Shown: positions 20,141 to 31,250, counted from the first letter of the stretch. The stretch is 64,000 bases of DNA from Candidatus Latescibacterota bacterium (GCA_965204375.1 OZ241986.1:3136001-3200000), one strand, 5' to 3'. Program-made: numbers and translations. The notes: a model not told the origin generated them from the letters alone.

Positions 20141-20449
20141 TTAACGGCGGCGACGCGACCTGCTGCGTCCACCGCGACCGGGACGCCTGCTCCCGCCTCC
20201 TTGCGTACTCGGAGGGGGTGGCCCACCTGTTCCGGAATCGCGGAATGTAATGCGCCCCCGGTTCAGATCATAAGGAGAGGTCTCAATCGTGACGGTATCG
20301 CCCACAACAATGCGAATATTAAAACGGCGCATTTTGCCCGACGTATAACCGAGAATCTGATGTCCTCCCTCAATCTCAACCTTGTATTGCCCATCGGGCA
20401 AAATATCGACAATCGTTCCTTCCAGTACAACTTTTTCTTCTTTTGCCAT
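20141..20449 (-). CDS. infA: Translation initiation factor IF-1 with Gly/Pro/Arg-rich C-terminal extension
   Basis: MAKEEKVVLEGTIVDILP...SGKMRRFNIRIVVGDTVTIETSPYDLNRGRITFR; GGAGG RBS. Confidence 0.95.
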   Translation of the reverse strand: MAKEEKVVLEGTIVDILPDGQYKVEIEGGHQILGYTSGKMRRFNIRIVVGDTVTIETSPYDLNRGRITFRDSGTGGPPPPSTQGGGSRRPGRGGRSRSRRRR

Positions 20450-20588
20450 ATAACCTCCAACTATGGGATGGATAAACTCGCTGCTTTCCTTACACAATTT
20501 GGGATGCATAAGATATGAGAGAAAATTTATGTTCACAAGTATTTTTGACACGCGACCAATCTCCAAATTTTGCACGCGATCGCACAAC

Positions 20589-21770
20589 TCAAAAAAGGCG
20601 ATAACTCAGGGCAAAATGAAGACTCTGCCTAAAAGGGTATCCCTCTTCTTTGGAAATTTGCTCAATCACCGACAAGCTAATACTGTTTTCGACAAAAAAT
20701 GTGAAACTGATATTTGAAATATGTCTAAACCTCGCATCTTGGTCGCGTTTTTTATTGATGTGGAGTGTATTGGAAGACACAAAGGCAATTCTGTTGGTAA
20801 TTTCGTAGATAAAATCGACATTCTGCCGGATATTATACTCTCGCCTGAAATAGTCCCTCTTGAATGGGGTATCCAATTTGAGATCCGTGTTGACCTGCAT
20901 CCGCCAACTGATAGGTCGGGAATACCGCACATTAATGGCTAAAGCTGGGGGAGGACGTTCCATGTCTTTAGACCTGGTCTGCACTTCATACTGAACCCCC
21001 GCATTGACATCCCAACCAAAAAACCGGTCGCTGATCTGCTCCTGTGTAAGTACCTCGCGCATGCGAAAGAGGCCAACAGGACCGATATTGCCGCCCCCGG
21101 TCACAAGACCAGTTTTATCAATTTCACTGCTCATATCTTCGTACCAGTAGTGCAGATAGGTACGATCGCCGTAGATATTGCGATACTCATCTTCTTTTTC
21201 AATAATTTGCCCAAGCGCGATCATCGTATCTCTTGGTAGGAAATCGCTAATAACGCCTTCTTCAAACAAAAAGTCTTCAATACGCACGGCTTTGCGCAGG
21301 GCGGTGGCATTGATAAATCGACCATAACCAAGACCTAAAATGACATCACTCTGCGGACGATCGAAGCCCTTACGCATCAACGCATCGGGACTGACAAAAT
21401 AGAAAAACTTATGGGTTTCTCGAAAATACTTTTGAACCTGTATATCGAGATTTATTTCATAAGTACCCGTGCGCTCAGAACCTTCAAATGAAAATTGACG
21501 AAAATATGAAGCCGAACTGAGCGCGTCGATAAAATATGCAAAAGGCAGAGAACTGTAGAACTTCTTGTACACAAGGCCGATTTCGCCCTGTTCGTGTATA
21601 ACTTCTTTGCCCTCGGTCGTCAAATTAAAACTCAACACATCAATGCGTAGATTATCCACCCGACTCACCGGCACTTTGTAGTCGGTGACCGAAACATTTT
21701 GCGCCTCTGCCGATGTTGTAATCAGCAGTGCTACAAGCATACTTGCCTTTAATAGATATTGTGCATCCAT
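20589..21770 (-). CDS. Putative outer-membrane beta-barrel protein
   Basis: Signal peptide, amphipathic strands, C-terminus FALSYRLF. Confidence 0.65.
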   Translation of the reverse strand: MDAQYLLKASMLVALLITTSAEAQNVSVTDYKVPVSRVDNLRIDVLSFNLTTEGKEVIHEQGEIGLVYKKFYSSLPFAYFIDALSSASYFRQFSFEGSERTGTYEINLDIQVQKYFRETHKFFYFVSPDALMRKGFDRPQSDVILGLGYGRFINATALRKAVRIEDFLFEEGVISDFLPRDTMIALGQIIEKEDEYRNIYGDRTYLHYWYEDMSSEIDKTGLVTGGGNIGPVGLFRMREVLTQEQISDRFFGWDVNAGVQYEVQTRSKDMERPPPALAINVRYSRPISWRMQVNTDLKLDTPFKRDYFRREYNIRQNVDFIYEITNRIAFVSSNTLHINKKRDQDARFRHISNISFTFFVENSISLSVIEQISKEEGYPFRQSLHFALSYRLF

Positions 21771-21841
21771 GATCAGCCTCCGCGTTAGGCCATTTGTCGG
21801 GCCAACAGATTGTCCCCAGGATGAACGAGCATGACTGTTCT

Positions 21842-22780
21842 TCATTCTGTATCCTCCGGATTCTTTTCAACTGTGGGCCTTGGAATAATAAAAATAATAT
21901 CATCGTAATCCGCTGCGACAACCGTCTTAGTATTATTTGAATCGGTGAGCAACCCCAAATAATCTACCGGACGGGGATCACCACCGAACAGCCGCCGATA
22001 GTCTTGGTATGCATTCACTTCTTCCCAAACCCATTTTTTTGCATCTTTTGCACCGTTGCGCAAGACAATAATATATTGGACCCCAAGCAGCTTCTCCTTC
22101 TTAATGACCGTCCCCTTGGGCAGTGTCTCGCTCCAGATGTATTTGAGCGTTTTGGTACGGCCAAAGACCAGACGCACCGCAGCAGCACTGTCATTTTTGT
22201 CGTCGTCGGTTTCATCAGACCCTTCGGGCAACTGATGTACGCGCCAGCGCCAGCGCAATTTTTGGAATGAACGCAAACTGACTTTGATTTCCCTGCCGCG
22301 AAACGTGACCTTTGCTTCTCTTCCAAAATTTACGGCACTACCTTTTGTTTTCGCGGTCAGATAATGGTTATTATCTTCCCATGCGATCCAATAATAAACA
22401 TCTTCTTTTTTTGTTTCACTATATCGCCAGCCCGATCGCCCCCCCCAAATCTTGTCGGGATAAGAATTTAAAAATCTCGGATAGTCAAAGGCATCGAGAA
22501 CACATGTGGAGTCCCCCGCAGGCGTGACCCAGTGAGCAGGAGGCTGTGAGGGATCTGTTATTTTAAGTGTTGTCGAGGGATCGTGACCTGGCCTGAGCGG
22601 ATCGGCCATCGCGGGATCAGTCGAGAACAGGGAGTCAACGACCGTAGAATCAACAACTCCAGAAACAACCGGTTGGACGCCCGTAGAATCGGGACCGGCA
22701 GCAAAGCATATACTGTATCTAAGATCAATAACAAATACCACCAGCACGCACAGCCTGAGAGCTCTGTTTATCAAATACAT
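21842..22780 (-). CDS. DUF3047-like exported protein
   Basis: LRWRWRV...ND.AA.V...LKYIW..LP.G...DYRRLFG...L.TDS.NT pattern; start uncertain. Confidence 0.7.
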   Translation of the reverse strand: MYLINRALRLCVLVVFVIDLRYSICFAAGPDSTGVQPVVSGVVDSTVVDSLFSTDPAMADPLRPGHDPSTTLKITDPSQPPAHWVTPAGDSTCVLDAFDYPRFLNSYPDKIWGGRSGWRYSETKKEDVYYWIAWEDNNHYLTAKTKGSAVNFGREAKVTFRGREIKVSLRSFQKLRWRWRVHQLPEGSDETDDDKNDSAAAVRLVFGRTKTLKYIWSETLPKGTVIKKEKLLGVQYIIVLRNGAKDAKKWVWEEVNAYQDYRRLFGGDPRPVDYLGLLTDSNNTKTVVAADYDDIIFIIPRPTVEKNPEDTE

Positions 22781-22812
22781 GCTGATAAAGTCAGTATGGG
22801 AACGCAATCCCA

Positions 22813-23691
22813 TCATCCAACCCCGCCGTGACCAATAAAATATCGACTCTTGTAAAGTTGATTTTCCGCATTGCTGGTGACAGCCGATAGAAATCCAGAA
22901 CGGGCTGCGGCTGCACCCCAATTGCCATATTTGTCAATGGCGATATAGGCCATCTGATAGGGGCGCGCAGAGGGAACGCGCGCAATGAGATGTTGTACAA
23001 CAGCTTCGCAGGCTTCCTGCGGCGATTTGCCATGCCGCATGTGTTCAACAACAGCAAACGACCCGCAGGTCCGAGCAATTTCCTCACCGCGACCGGTGGC
23101 CGCAGCAGCTCCTGCATCATTATCCGCATAAAGACCCGAGCCAATAAGCGGCGAATCGCCAACGCGACCAGGCAACTTAAAAGCCGCGCCACTTGTGGTA
23201 CAGGCCGCCGCGAGATTCCCGTGTTGGTCAAGAGCGATTAAGCCAATAGTATCGTGGACATCTGCGGGAGGTCCTGTTTGCTCCCTTTTCCACTTTTCCC
23301 AGGCTTCGCGCCCGTGCTCTGTAAGCATATTGCACGCTTCAAAGCCCTGTGCGCGCGCAAACTTCAGGGCGCCATTACCCGCGAGAAAAACGTGATCGGT
23401 TTTCTCCATCACGCGCTGCGCCACAGCAGTGGGCGTGGCAATATTTCTAAGCCCAGCCACCGCACCATAACCGAGAGTAATCCCATCAACAACCGCGGCA
23501 TCGACTTCGACCTCGCCCTCGGCATTGGGATATCCGCCGAATCCAACGCTCTTGACCGCAGGATCGCGTTCCGCCACCTCAGCACCCCGCACAACAGCAT
23601 CGAGCGCAGAGCCACCGCTTTTCAAAATTTTCCAGGCGGGCTGATTAGAAGCGAGACCAAACCGCCATGTGGATACAACAATATGGGACAT
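22813..23691 (-). CDS. Glycosylasparaginase / isoaspartyl peptidase (Ntn hydrolase)
   Basis: SVGFGG.P, HDTIG autoproteolysis site, GRVGDSPLIGSG, TG.GEE. Confidence 0.9.
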   Translation of the reverse strand: MSHIVVSTWRFGLASNQPAWKILKSGGSALDAVVRGAEVAERDPAVKSVGFGGYPNAEGEVEVDAAVVDGITLGYGAVAGLRNIATPTAVAQRVMEKTDHVFLAGNGALKFARAQGFEACNMLTEHGREAWEKWKREQTGPPADVHDTIGLIALDQHGNLAAACTTSGAAFKLPGRVGDSPLIGSGLYADNDAGAAAATGRGEEIARTCGSFAVVEHMRHGKSPQEACEAVVQHLIARVPSARPYQMAYIAIDKYGNWGAAAARSGFLSAVTSNAENQLYKSRYFIGHGGVG

Positions 23692-23752
23692 CGCCTTCTT
23701 TCTATTTGAAATTTTTACCTATCGTTGGAAGCTCTGTACTTGCTCGCCTTTC

Positions 23753-25048
23753 CTATTCTCCCATCGCCCGGTAAATCGCATTTCGCGTGCCCTCGAGATC
23801 AAAACACTCGTACTGGTTATCGCGCATCACACGTGAAGCAATATGCATCGCCTGCGATTCGTTCAGATAACCTTCTTCTACTTCGGCTTCAAGAGTTTTG
23901 TCAAGCCAGAAACGGGTTTGAAATGCGTAGGCAGCGGCACTGGTGGGCCAGCGCGTATCGCCGCCAAAAACAAAGAGCTTGTTGATGGGAGCACCGTGGA
24001 TAAATCGGCGGACAAAATCGCCTGAGGCGTAGGGATTGATAGACCAGGCCCAGCACAGATCTGCCCAGACATTTTTGTAGTGCTTGGTCAGCGCGATGAG
24101 TTCATCGCTGTAGGGATAGGCAATGTGCATAAGCACAAAGCGCGCGTCGAGATACTTAGCCAAAAGCGCGCAGAGATTGCCAGCTTTGATACGGTCAACG
24201 GGCATGCGGTTATTTCCGGCGTAATAGCCCGTATGGATTTTAAAAGGCAAATTGTGTTCAATCGTCAGTTCCACACCCCGTGCCCAGCACCAATCGCCAA
24301 GGCACAACCGCATAGATTCGGAAACATTGTTATTCGAGCTAAGCGTCGCGTAAAGCGCGCGTTCGACATCACCGCGGGCGCGCGCTTGCCAATTGAGAGT
24401 GCGATTGTACGCATGTTGGGCTTTAACCGCAATGGCACAAGGAGCGTGCTTTTCAAATATCGCCTCCATCGCCTTCTGAAGAGAATCGAGGTCAACAACA
24501 GCAATACCAGTATCTTCGGCAATGGCTTCCTGGTCTATCTGTCCACTGCAAAACCCCGCCCATGAAAGATCGTAAAGAAAAAAGTCTGGTCCAGATTCAT
24601 CGGGGTCACAGGGCCAGGAGGAATCATCGGTTTGAATATGATCGAGATTGGCGACTTCGCGCAGCAAATTGTAGCGACCACCAGGGGTACGCAATTCGGC
24701 CAATTTTTCCTGTGCGGGCGCGAGCACATCGGGTGTGAATTCATCAAAACCATATACATCGGTAACAATCCGCCGCACGGCCTCGCCATAACCCGTGTAT
24801 TGCGTGGCCTCCCACGCCGCATGCACACCTTCAAAACGCCCGGCGAGGTCTGGGTCTGAAGCATCTGTGAGACGCCTCAGAGCTTCCTGCGATGCACCAG
24901 CCGTAATGAGGTCCGCAGGCACATAATTGCCAAAAAGGTCCTGTAATACGTCGGGACCGTCGTCAAGCCAGTCAGGCTCCCGACGAAGATGTTCGTGCGT
25001 ATCGCACAGTGCCGTTTGTTTGATATGTTCAGATAAATTGGTGGTCAT
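23753..25048 (-). CDS. Amidohydrolase family protein
   Basis: DTHEH, KIHTG, LMHIAYP, FGGD. Confidence 0.85.
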   Translation of the reverse strand: MTTNLSEHIKQTALCDTHEHLRREPDWLDDGPDVLQDLFGNYVPADLITAGASQEALRRLTDASDPDLAGRFEGVHAAWEATQYTGYGEAVRRIVTDVYGFDEFTPDVLAPAQEKLAELRTPGGRYNLLREVANLDHIQTDDSSWPCDPDESGPDFFLYDLSWAGFCSGQIDQEAIAEDTGIAVVDLDSLQKAMEAIFEKHAPCAIAVKAQHAYNRTLNWQARARGDVERALYATLSSNNNVSESMRLCLGDWCWARGVELTIEHNLPFKIHTGYYAGNNRMPVDRIKAGNLCALLAKYLDARFVLMHIAYPYSDELIALTKHYKNVWADLCWAWSINPYASGDFVRRFIHGAPINKLFVFGGDTRWPTSAAAYAFQTRFWLDKTLEAEVEEGYLNESQAMHIASRVMRDNQYECFDLEGTRNAIYRAMGE

Positions 25049-25064
25049 GTATTTATTCCTTTCA

Positions 25065-25832
25065 TCACCTCGCAACTTTCAACCAATATCCCCCATCCAC
25101 ACTCAACACCGTCCCCGTAATATAGTCTGCAGCATCGGAACAGAGAAATGCGGCGGCATTGGCAATATCTTCCGGCGTACCCAGGCGCTTCCAGGGCAGC
25201 GCAGTAGCAGCCTCTCGGATTTGTTCTTCCGTCGCATATTGACGCTCGCCGGGCGTGTCGATGTACCCGGGCGTAATCACATTGGCGCGAATGCGGTGAT
25301 CGGTGAGTTCATTGGCAATAGTCGCCGACATCTGATTGATCCCCGCCTTTGCCGCATTATAGGGCAACGAAGTAGAAAAGGGAATATTGGACAAAACAGA
25401 ACTGATAAAGAGAATCGCACCTCCGTCACCTTGTTTGACCATCTGGCGAGCGCCGGCCTGCGCCATGTGGAAAGCACCCCAAAACGTGACATCAAGCGTG
25501 CGAAGCGCGCCATTCAGTTCCAGATCGAGAAAAGGTTCGCGTTTGCTGTAATACGCATTGGAAACCACAATATCGAGACGCCCAAATTGTTCAACCGTTG
25601 CGGCCACCATCGCATCCACCGCATCGCGGTCAGACACATCTGCGCCATAGACAAGCGCGTCAGACCCCGCATCGCGAATCTCATCTGCAACTTCCTCTGC
25701 CTCATCGGGATGCGTGCGATAGTTGACCACAACCCTCGCACCTGACCGTCCCATCCGAAGGGCAATACCGCGCCCAATACCGCGCGACGCACCAGAAATA
25801 AGCGCGACCTTTCCGTCTAATTTGATATTCAT
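25065..25832 (-). CDS. SDR oxidoreductase (glucose 1-dehydrogenase-like)
   Basis: GASRGIG, YNAAK, PGYIDT, VDGG. Confidence 0.92.
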   Translation of the reverse strand: MNIKLDGKVALISGASRGIGRGIALRMGRSGARVVVNYRTHPDEAEEVADEIRDAGSDALVYGADVSDRDAVDAMVAATVEQFGRLDIVVSNAYYSKREPFLDLELNGALRTLDVTFWGAFHMAQAGARQMVKQGDGGAILFISSVLSNIPFSTSLPYNAAKAGINQMSATIANELTDHRIRANVITPGYIDTPGERQYATEEQIREAATALPWKRLGTPEDIANAAAFLCSDAADYITGTVLSVDGGYWLKVAR

Positions 25833-25851
25833 AGAGAACTCCTTATTTAAC

Positions 25852-26271
25852 TCACCCCGCGGGCAGACCGGTACCCGGCCACTGGTCATCGCTGGATGTA
25901 ACATCTACAGTGATACCATCGGGATCCTCTACTTTGAAGGCACCTTCTTCGAGCTTATCCGGAGCCAGGGGCTGCTTACCACCCAGACCATCGGAAAAAA
26001 TCTCGTAACCCATATCCGTCAAACGCCGCGCCGCGGCTTCCAGATCGGGAACTCGAATACCAATATGCAAATAATCCAGCATCCCGCTAACATGCTCTGG
26101 GCGAGAAGGCCCATTGTGCTGAAAAATGCGAAAATTGTGATATCCATCGGTCAAATCAAAAGATTGACCTCGATCCTGAACAAGACGCAAACCCAGGCCA
26201 TCTCGCCAGAAGCGGATGGTCTCATCGATGTCTGTGGCGCGCACGCCAATATGAACAAGTGCAGTAGCCAT
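25852..26271 (-). CDS. VOC/glyoxalase family protein
   Basis: HIGVRATDIDETIRFWRDGLG, HIGIRVPDL, DPDG. Confidence 0.85.
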   Translation of the reverse strand: MATALVHIGVRATDIDETIRFWRDGLGLRLVQDRGQSFDLTDGYHNFRIFQHNGPSRPEHVSGMLDYLHIGIRVPDLEAAARRLTDMGYEIFSDGLGGKQPLAPDKLEEGAFKVEDPDGITVDVTSSDDQWPGTGLPAG

Positions 26272-26312
26272 AATGGTATTCCTCCTGTTAAAATGTAATC
26301 TGCCTGATCCCC

Positions 26313-28064
26313 TCACCGCTGATCCCACAACTGCTGCATTTCCGCACACGATTCGAGCAACTCGTCCAGCGTACCCACGCCCTCGATACGACCATTTTTC
26401 AGAACGACAATTTGATCTGCGCGGCGAAGCGCGGGGCGGCGGTGAGAAACCACGAGACAAGTAGCCCGGCGGTGTTCAAAAACGCGCCGCCAGAGAACGC
26501 GCTCGGTTTCTACATCCAGTGCAGAAGACAAATCGTCAAAAACCAGAAGTTCGGGATCGCGAATAAACATGCGTGCGGCAGCAGTGCGCTGAATTTGACC
26601 GCCGGAAAGTTTGACACCACGCGGTCCAACAATCGTATCCAGACCGTTTTCAAGAGTGGAAATATCGGTCTCCATAACACCATTGTAAAGCGCGTGTTCG
26701 AGTGCTTGTGGATCATCGGGCACCCCCAAAAGAATATTATCGCGCAGAGACTCGCTAAAAAGATGTGGAATCTGCGGCGTATAAGCACAGCGCGGAGGCA
26801 CAAAAAAGGTCCTGGGATCCACGACCTTCTCACCATTCCAGTAAATATCCCCGCTCGCAAGCGGAAGAACACCGATAAGCGCGCGGATAAGCGTGGTCTT
26901 GCCCGATCCGATTTGCCCCGTAATAACCGTGAATGATCCAGCGGGAATGACGAGATCAATATTGTAAACACCATTTGTGGATTTGGGATAAATATAAGTC
27001 ATATTGCGAATGGTAAGAGCGTTGAGCCTGTCCGATTCCGCGCGGGCTGGCAACACCAGTCCACCGGGTTCTCTGTCGAGATAAACATCCGTGTGTTGAG
27101 AAATACGTTCGCGGGGAATATCTTCAATCGTATAGGCCATCCGAAAATAAGAAACTTCGGCGCGCTTGTGGTTGGTGAGAATGGTCCCCAGCAAAGAACC
27201 GCTTCTGGCAACCTGACCGACATAAGTAGCAAAAAGGGCCATATCGCCAACCGTGAACGTACCCGACTTCATTTTTTCCGCCACGAGAATCAGGATAACG
27301 CCCGTGGCAATATGCCCCAGATTGAAATTAATAGAACTTAGAATTTGAGTAAAAAGATTATCGATAAGAGTGGATACGCGGCGCGCATCATTGAGTTGCC
27401 GAAAGCGGTCAATCACATGGGCTTGCGTGGTGGCAACTTTGACAGCGAGGATAGATTGAAACATCTCATTGATAAAATTGGTGGATCGCTCTGTTGCAAC
27501 GCGCTGTGCAGTGCGGTATTTGTAAATATAGTTGCGGGCAAAATCCACAACAATAACCACGCCTATCGCCGGTATAATCGTGATAAAAGTGATATAGGGA
27601 TCAATTCTCGACATATAAAAAATGGCGAGTACCGCAAATACGAGATTGCCCCACATGTGGATATATCGATTGAGGTATTGAATAATACCCAACACATCGT
27701 CTCGAAATCGGTTGGTCACCTCGCCAGAGGCGGTGGAAATCTTTCCCGGATCTCGAACTTCCAGAATAGCAGTCATAAGATTTTTCCGCAAAAGCGTTTC
27801 AATAGCATACCACCAGCGCGGCCAGACAAAAGCCGAACCAAAAAGGGCGATGCGGTCGCCAATCTCAACAGCAACAAAAAGCGCGACGAGCGACCAAGCG
27901 GTGAACCCCGCTTCTGCCTGGCCGGTGAGCGCATCAAAAAAGCCCTTCATAATAACGCCCGCGAGGAAGGGCGCGATATCATCAATACCACGAAAAAATA
28001 TCGTGGCAAAAAAAAGTCCGGGACGGAACTTGAGCAGGTGCCATGTCGTTTGACCCATCGTCAT
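26313..28064 (-). CDS. ABC exporter, fused permease/ATPase (heterodimer subunit)
   Basis: TM domain, GQIGSGKT, LSGGQ, degenerate Walker B FDDLSS. Confidence 0.92.
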   Translation of the reverse strand: MTMGQTTWHLLKFRPGLFFATIFFRGIDDIAPFLAGVIMKGFFDALTGQAEAGFTAWSLVALFVAVEIGDRIALFGSAFVWPRWWYAIETLLRKNLMTAILEVRDPGKISTASGEVTNRFRDDVLGIIQYLNRYIHMWGNLVFAVLAIFYMSRIDPYITFITIIPAIGVVIVVDFARNYIYKYRTAQRVATERSTNFINEMFQSILAVKVATTQAHVIDRFRQLNDARRVSTLIDNLFTQILSSINFNLGHIATGVILILVAEKMKSGTFTVGDMALFATYVGQVARSGSLLGTILTNHKRAEVSYFRMAYTIEDIPRERISQHTDVYLDREPGGLVLPARAESDRLNALTIRNMTYIYPKSTNGVYNIDLVIPAGSFTVITGQIGSGKTTLIRALIGVLPLASGDIYWNGEKVVDPRTFFVPPRCAYTPQIPHLFSESLRDNILLGVPDDPQALEHALYNGVMETDISTLENGLDTIVGPRGVKLSGGQIQRTAAARMFIRDPELLVFDDLSSALDVETERVLWRRVFEHRRATCLVVSHRRPALRRADQIVVLKNGRIEGVGTLDELLESCAEMQQLWDQR

Positions 28065-29821
28065 GCGATAAGTTCCTCCAGACCCGTATTGAGCAGGCGT
28101 GAAAACTGCGAATTTGGATCTGCGACGAGATCTGCGCGAAGACCAAATTCACCCACCTGTCCGTTGTCGAGAATGAGAATATTATCCACGCGCTCCACGG
28201 TCTCAAGGCGATGCGCAATAATAATACCCGTGCGATTCTGCAACAGGCGTTCCACTGCAAAATTGATATTCTGCTCGGTTGCGGGATCGAGCCGCGATGA
28301 AGGCTCATCCAAAATGACCAGACCGGGATCTTTGAGAAAAACGCGGGCAAAGGCGAGCAACTGGGCTTCGCCAGCCGAGAGGCTGCCTGAGACGAGTTCG
28401 GTCTCCAAACCATCGGGCAATGACGCATACCATGCACCAAGGCCGAGATCCTCGAGTGTGGCGACGATTTTTTTATCCGAAACACCGGGCCGAAAAAGGG
28501 TAAGATTGTCGTGTACGCTGGCATTGAAAAGTTGCACATCCTGCGTAACGAGACCGACGTGCTGTCGCAAATCGTCGAGCAAAATATCCCGGATATTTTG
28601 ATCACCAATGCGAATTTGTCCGCGCTGAATATCGTAAAAGCGAAAGAGCAAGCGAGTAATCGTAGTTTTGCCACTGCCCGTGCGCCCCAACAGGCCGAGG
28701 GTTTTGCCCGGATCGAGAGAAAAGGAAATATTCCGCAGAACGGGGTCGTCGGGCGTGTACGCAAAATGGACATTGTCAAACGCAATGCCCAGAGGCATTA
28801 CCTCGAGTTTGCCTGAAGAAGCAGATAGTTTTTCATTCCCATCCCGAATGCGGGTCTGGATGCGGTGAAGTTCTTCAATGCGTTTAAGCCCGGCGGTTGC
28901 GCGTTGCAAATCGTTGATTTGCTGGCTAATTTGAAAAAGCGGTTCGCGCAACATCGACGTATAGTGAAAAACGAGAAAGACCGCGCCAATTGTAAACGTA
29001 CCCTCCCGATAAAGCCAGATACCCATGCCCATTGCAAGCGCGTAACCGAGCGCGAACATAATACCGGTAATCGCACGCAACCCCTCACTCATAAACTCGG
29101 ACTTTTTTATGCGGGCAAAAACGCCGTTATTGACCCCGTAAAACCGATTCACAGTGTAGTCGCCTGCGCCATTTGTGCGGATGTCTTCAAGACCGAGCAA
29201 TCGCTCTTCGATAAATCCGTACAACCGCGCATAACTTTCGCGTTCGGCCGTGTAAATGGGCACGGCAATATTGCGCGTGAGATTAAAAACAACAAAGGCG
29301 AGAATCGAAAAAGCAGTCAGCGCTGCGCCCACGCGCCAATCTTCGCGGAAGACGAGAATAAGGACGCCCAAAAGAAAAAATGAGCTTCCAATAACATGGA
29401 TGACAAATTGCGAAAAAAAATTAGAAAGTGCCGTCGTATCGCCGTCAACGCGCTCGATCATCTCGCCCGGAGTATGCGCGTGGTGAAAGCCCATATCGAG
29501 GTTGAGACAGTGGTGCGCGAGCGTATTCCGCATCTGATTCGTTGCGCGCCAGCCCACATCTTGCCCGAGATAAGAACTCACAATTTGCACGCCCTGGCGA
29601 ATAATGCCAATGGCGAGAAACGCGATACCCGCCCATATCAGATTTTGCACGGCACCATCTGCCTGCGCCGTATCGATGAAATATCGGACGATTTGGGGAT
29701 TGAGCAGATTGAGACCAATGCCGGTGAACATGAAAACGCCAAGAAAAACAACGCGCTTCCAATGAGGGCGAAGATAGTGTATCAGGAGGGTAGCATAATG
29801 CCTGAGAGGGACGCGTTCCAA
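28061..29821 (-). CDS. ABC exporter, fused permease/ATPase (heterodimer subunit)
   Basis: GRTGSGKT, degenerate signature LSAGE, ILDE; start uncertain (TTG at 29821 chosen). Confidence 0.9.
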   Translation of the reverse strand: MERVPLRHYATLLIHYLRPHWKRVVFLGVFMFTGIGLNLLNPQIVRYFIDTAQADGAVQNLIWAGIAFLAIGIIRQGVQIVSSYLGQDVGWRATNQMRNTLAHHCLNLDMGFHHAHTPGEMIERVDGDTTALSNFFSQFVIHVIGSSFFLLGVLILVFREDWRVGAALTAFSILAFVVFNLTRNIAVPIYTAERESYARLYGFIEERLLGLEDIRTNGAGDYTVNRFYGVNNGVFARIKKSEFMSEGLRAITGIMFALGYALAMGMGIWLYREGTFTIGAVFLVFHYTSMLREPLFQISQQINDLQRATAGLKRIEELHRIQTRIRDGNEKLSASSGKLEVMPLGIAFDNVHFAYTPDDPVLRNISFSLDPGKTLGLLGRTGSGKTTITRLLFRFYDIQRGQIRIGDQNIRDILLDDLRQHVGLVTQDVQLFNASVHDNLTLFRPGVSDKKIVATLEDLGLGAWYASLPDGLETELVSGSLSAGEAQLLAFARVFLKDPGLVILDEPSSRLDPATEQNINFAVERLLQNRTGIIIAHRLETVERVDNILILDNGQVGEFGLRADLVADPNSQFSRLLNTGLEELIA

Positions 29822-29960
29822 GAGGATTCCCGAAGTGAAAAAAAACAAAAAAAAATCGACGCCCAAAAAGATCAAAGTGCTTGAAAATTACGATGTCGCA
29901 TGTTAATTTCCAAATAAAATTTAATCACTAACACGGTAATCCAACTTGTCTTTTAGTGAA

Positions 29961-31250
29961 ATGCCCCCTAAACTCATCCCCATTCTAAAAAACACGGGCC
30001 TCGACATCCATTGGGAAAAATCCGTCTCAACATTCCCCGGCAACCTCCCCTTTCTTCAGCCCGAAGCCATCCGCGAAAACGGCGACTGGGCAAATCTTCC
30101 ACCCGACGCCATAGACTTTGCAATCCACGCCGCCCAAAAAATCGCCACAGATCCCGACCTCGCGCACCTGGCCTGGCATGCCCATCGCCTGCTCTTCATC
30201 GACAAAAGCACCCAGAACTCGGCAACCCGCGACTGGCCCCTCCTCACCTCCTTACTCGGCAATTACGGCGGTGCCTTTTATCTCCTCATCGCACTCTCGG
30301 GCATACCGCAACTCCGCACCTACCACCAATCGCGCAACATACCCGGACACATCACCCGCCTGACCTGTCGCGACACGTACGTCTGGGCGCAGCAATACCA
30401 CGACATCGGCGTTTTCAAAAACGATCGTTTCTTCCACCCGGGCGACCCCGGTGCATGGGGGCTATGCACACGCATCTTGCCCTGGCTGCTCGGCCATCTC
30501 AACGGCGACCTCTACCGCATAGGACGCTTACAATACAAAACGGAGCCCTTTCGACAGAAAATGCGCGCCTACCGCCATCGCACCACTGCACAAATATATC
30601 TCCTGTGCAAATCCGGATTGGAATTTCGCACCGACGGCAACTTCAATGGCGCGGGCGGACGAGAAGACCCGCATGCCTGGACATCCGAACTCACCGAAAC
30701 CTCGACCCATATCACCGGCAATCCCATACACCCCAACGGCCATGCACAACGCCGACCAGTCAGCCTCTCGCGCTCTCACTGGGATTGCGTCCTCACCGAA
30801 GGCGATCCCATCCTCGAAATTCACATCCCCGAAGACGGACCAATGGCATTTGAAAATTGCGGCGACTCTCTCCGCCTGGTCGCCGAATTCTTTCCCAAAC
30901 ACTTCCCCGACCACCCCTTCAAAGCGATCTGTTGCACATCCTGGTTCCTCGACCCCACATACCAGCACTTACTCGCCAAAAATTCCAACATCGTTCGCTT
31001 CCAGCGAGAATGTTATCTCTTTCCTCTCAACTCGCGCAGCAAATACAGCAGCCTCGAACGCATCTTCGGTCCATACTCCCACGACCTCTCCACAGCCCCA
31101 CGCGACAGCAGCATGAGAGCCGCAGTACTCGATCACATAGATAACGGCGGCGCGCTCATCAGCGGCGGTTGCCTCCTCTGGACAGACCACCTCGACAAAT
31201 GGGGCACCCAATTTCATCTCCGCCAACACCCCATAACCAGCCCCAAGTAG
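29961..31250 (+). CDS. DUF5596/GNAT-like acyltransferase domain protein
   Basis: GRLQY, LEIHIP..G, C.SW.LDP...SNIVRFQ motifs. Confidence 0.75.
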   Translation: MPPKLIPILKNTGLDIHWEKSVSTFPGNLPFLQPEAIRENGDWANLPPDAIDFAIHAAQKIATDPDLAHLAWHAHRLLFIDKSTQNSATRDWPLLTSLLGNYGGAFYLLIALSGIPQLRTYHQSRNIPGHITRLTCRDTYVWAQQYHDIGVFKNDRFFHPGDPGAWGLCTRILPWLLGHLNGDLYRIGRLQYKTEPFRQKMRAYRHRTTAQIYLLCKSGLEFRTDGNFNGAGGREDPHAWTSELTETSTHITGNPIHPNGHAQRRPVSLSRSHWDCVLTEGDPILEIHIPEDGPMAFENCGDSLRLVAEFFPKHFPDHPFKAICCTSWFLDPTYQHLLAKNSNIVRFQRECYLFPLNSRSKYSSLERIFGPYSHDLSTAPRDSSMRAAVLDHIDNGGALISGGCLLWTDHLDKWGTQFHLRQHPITSPK

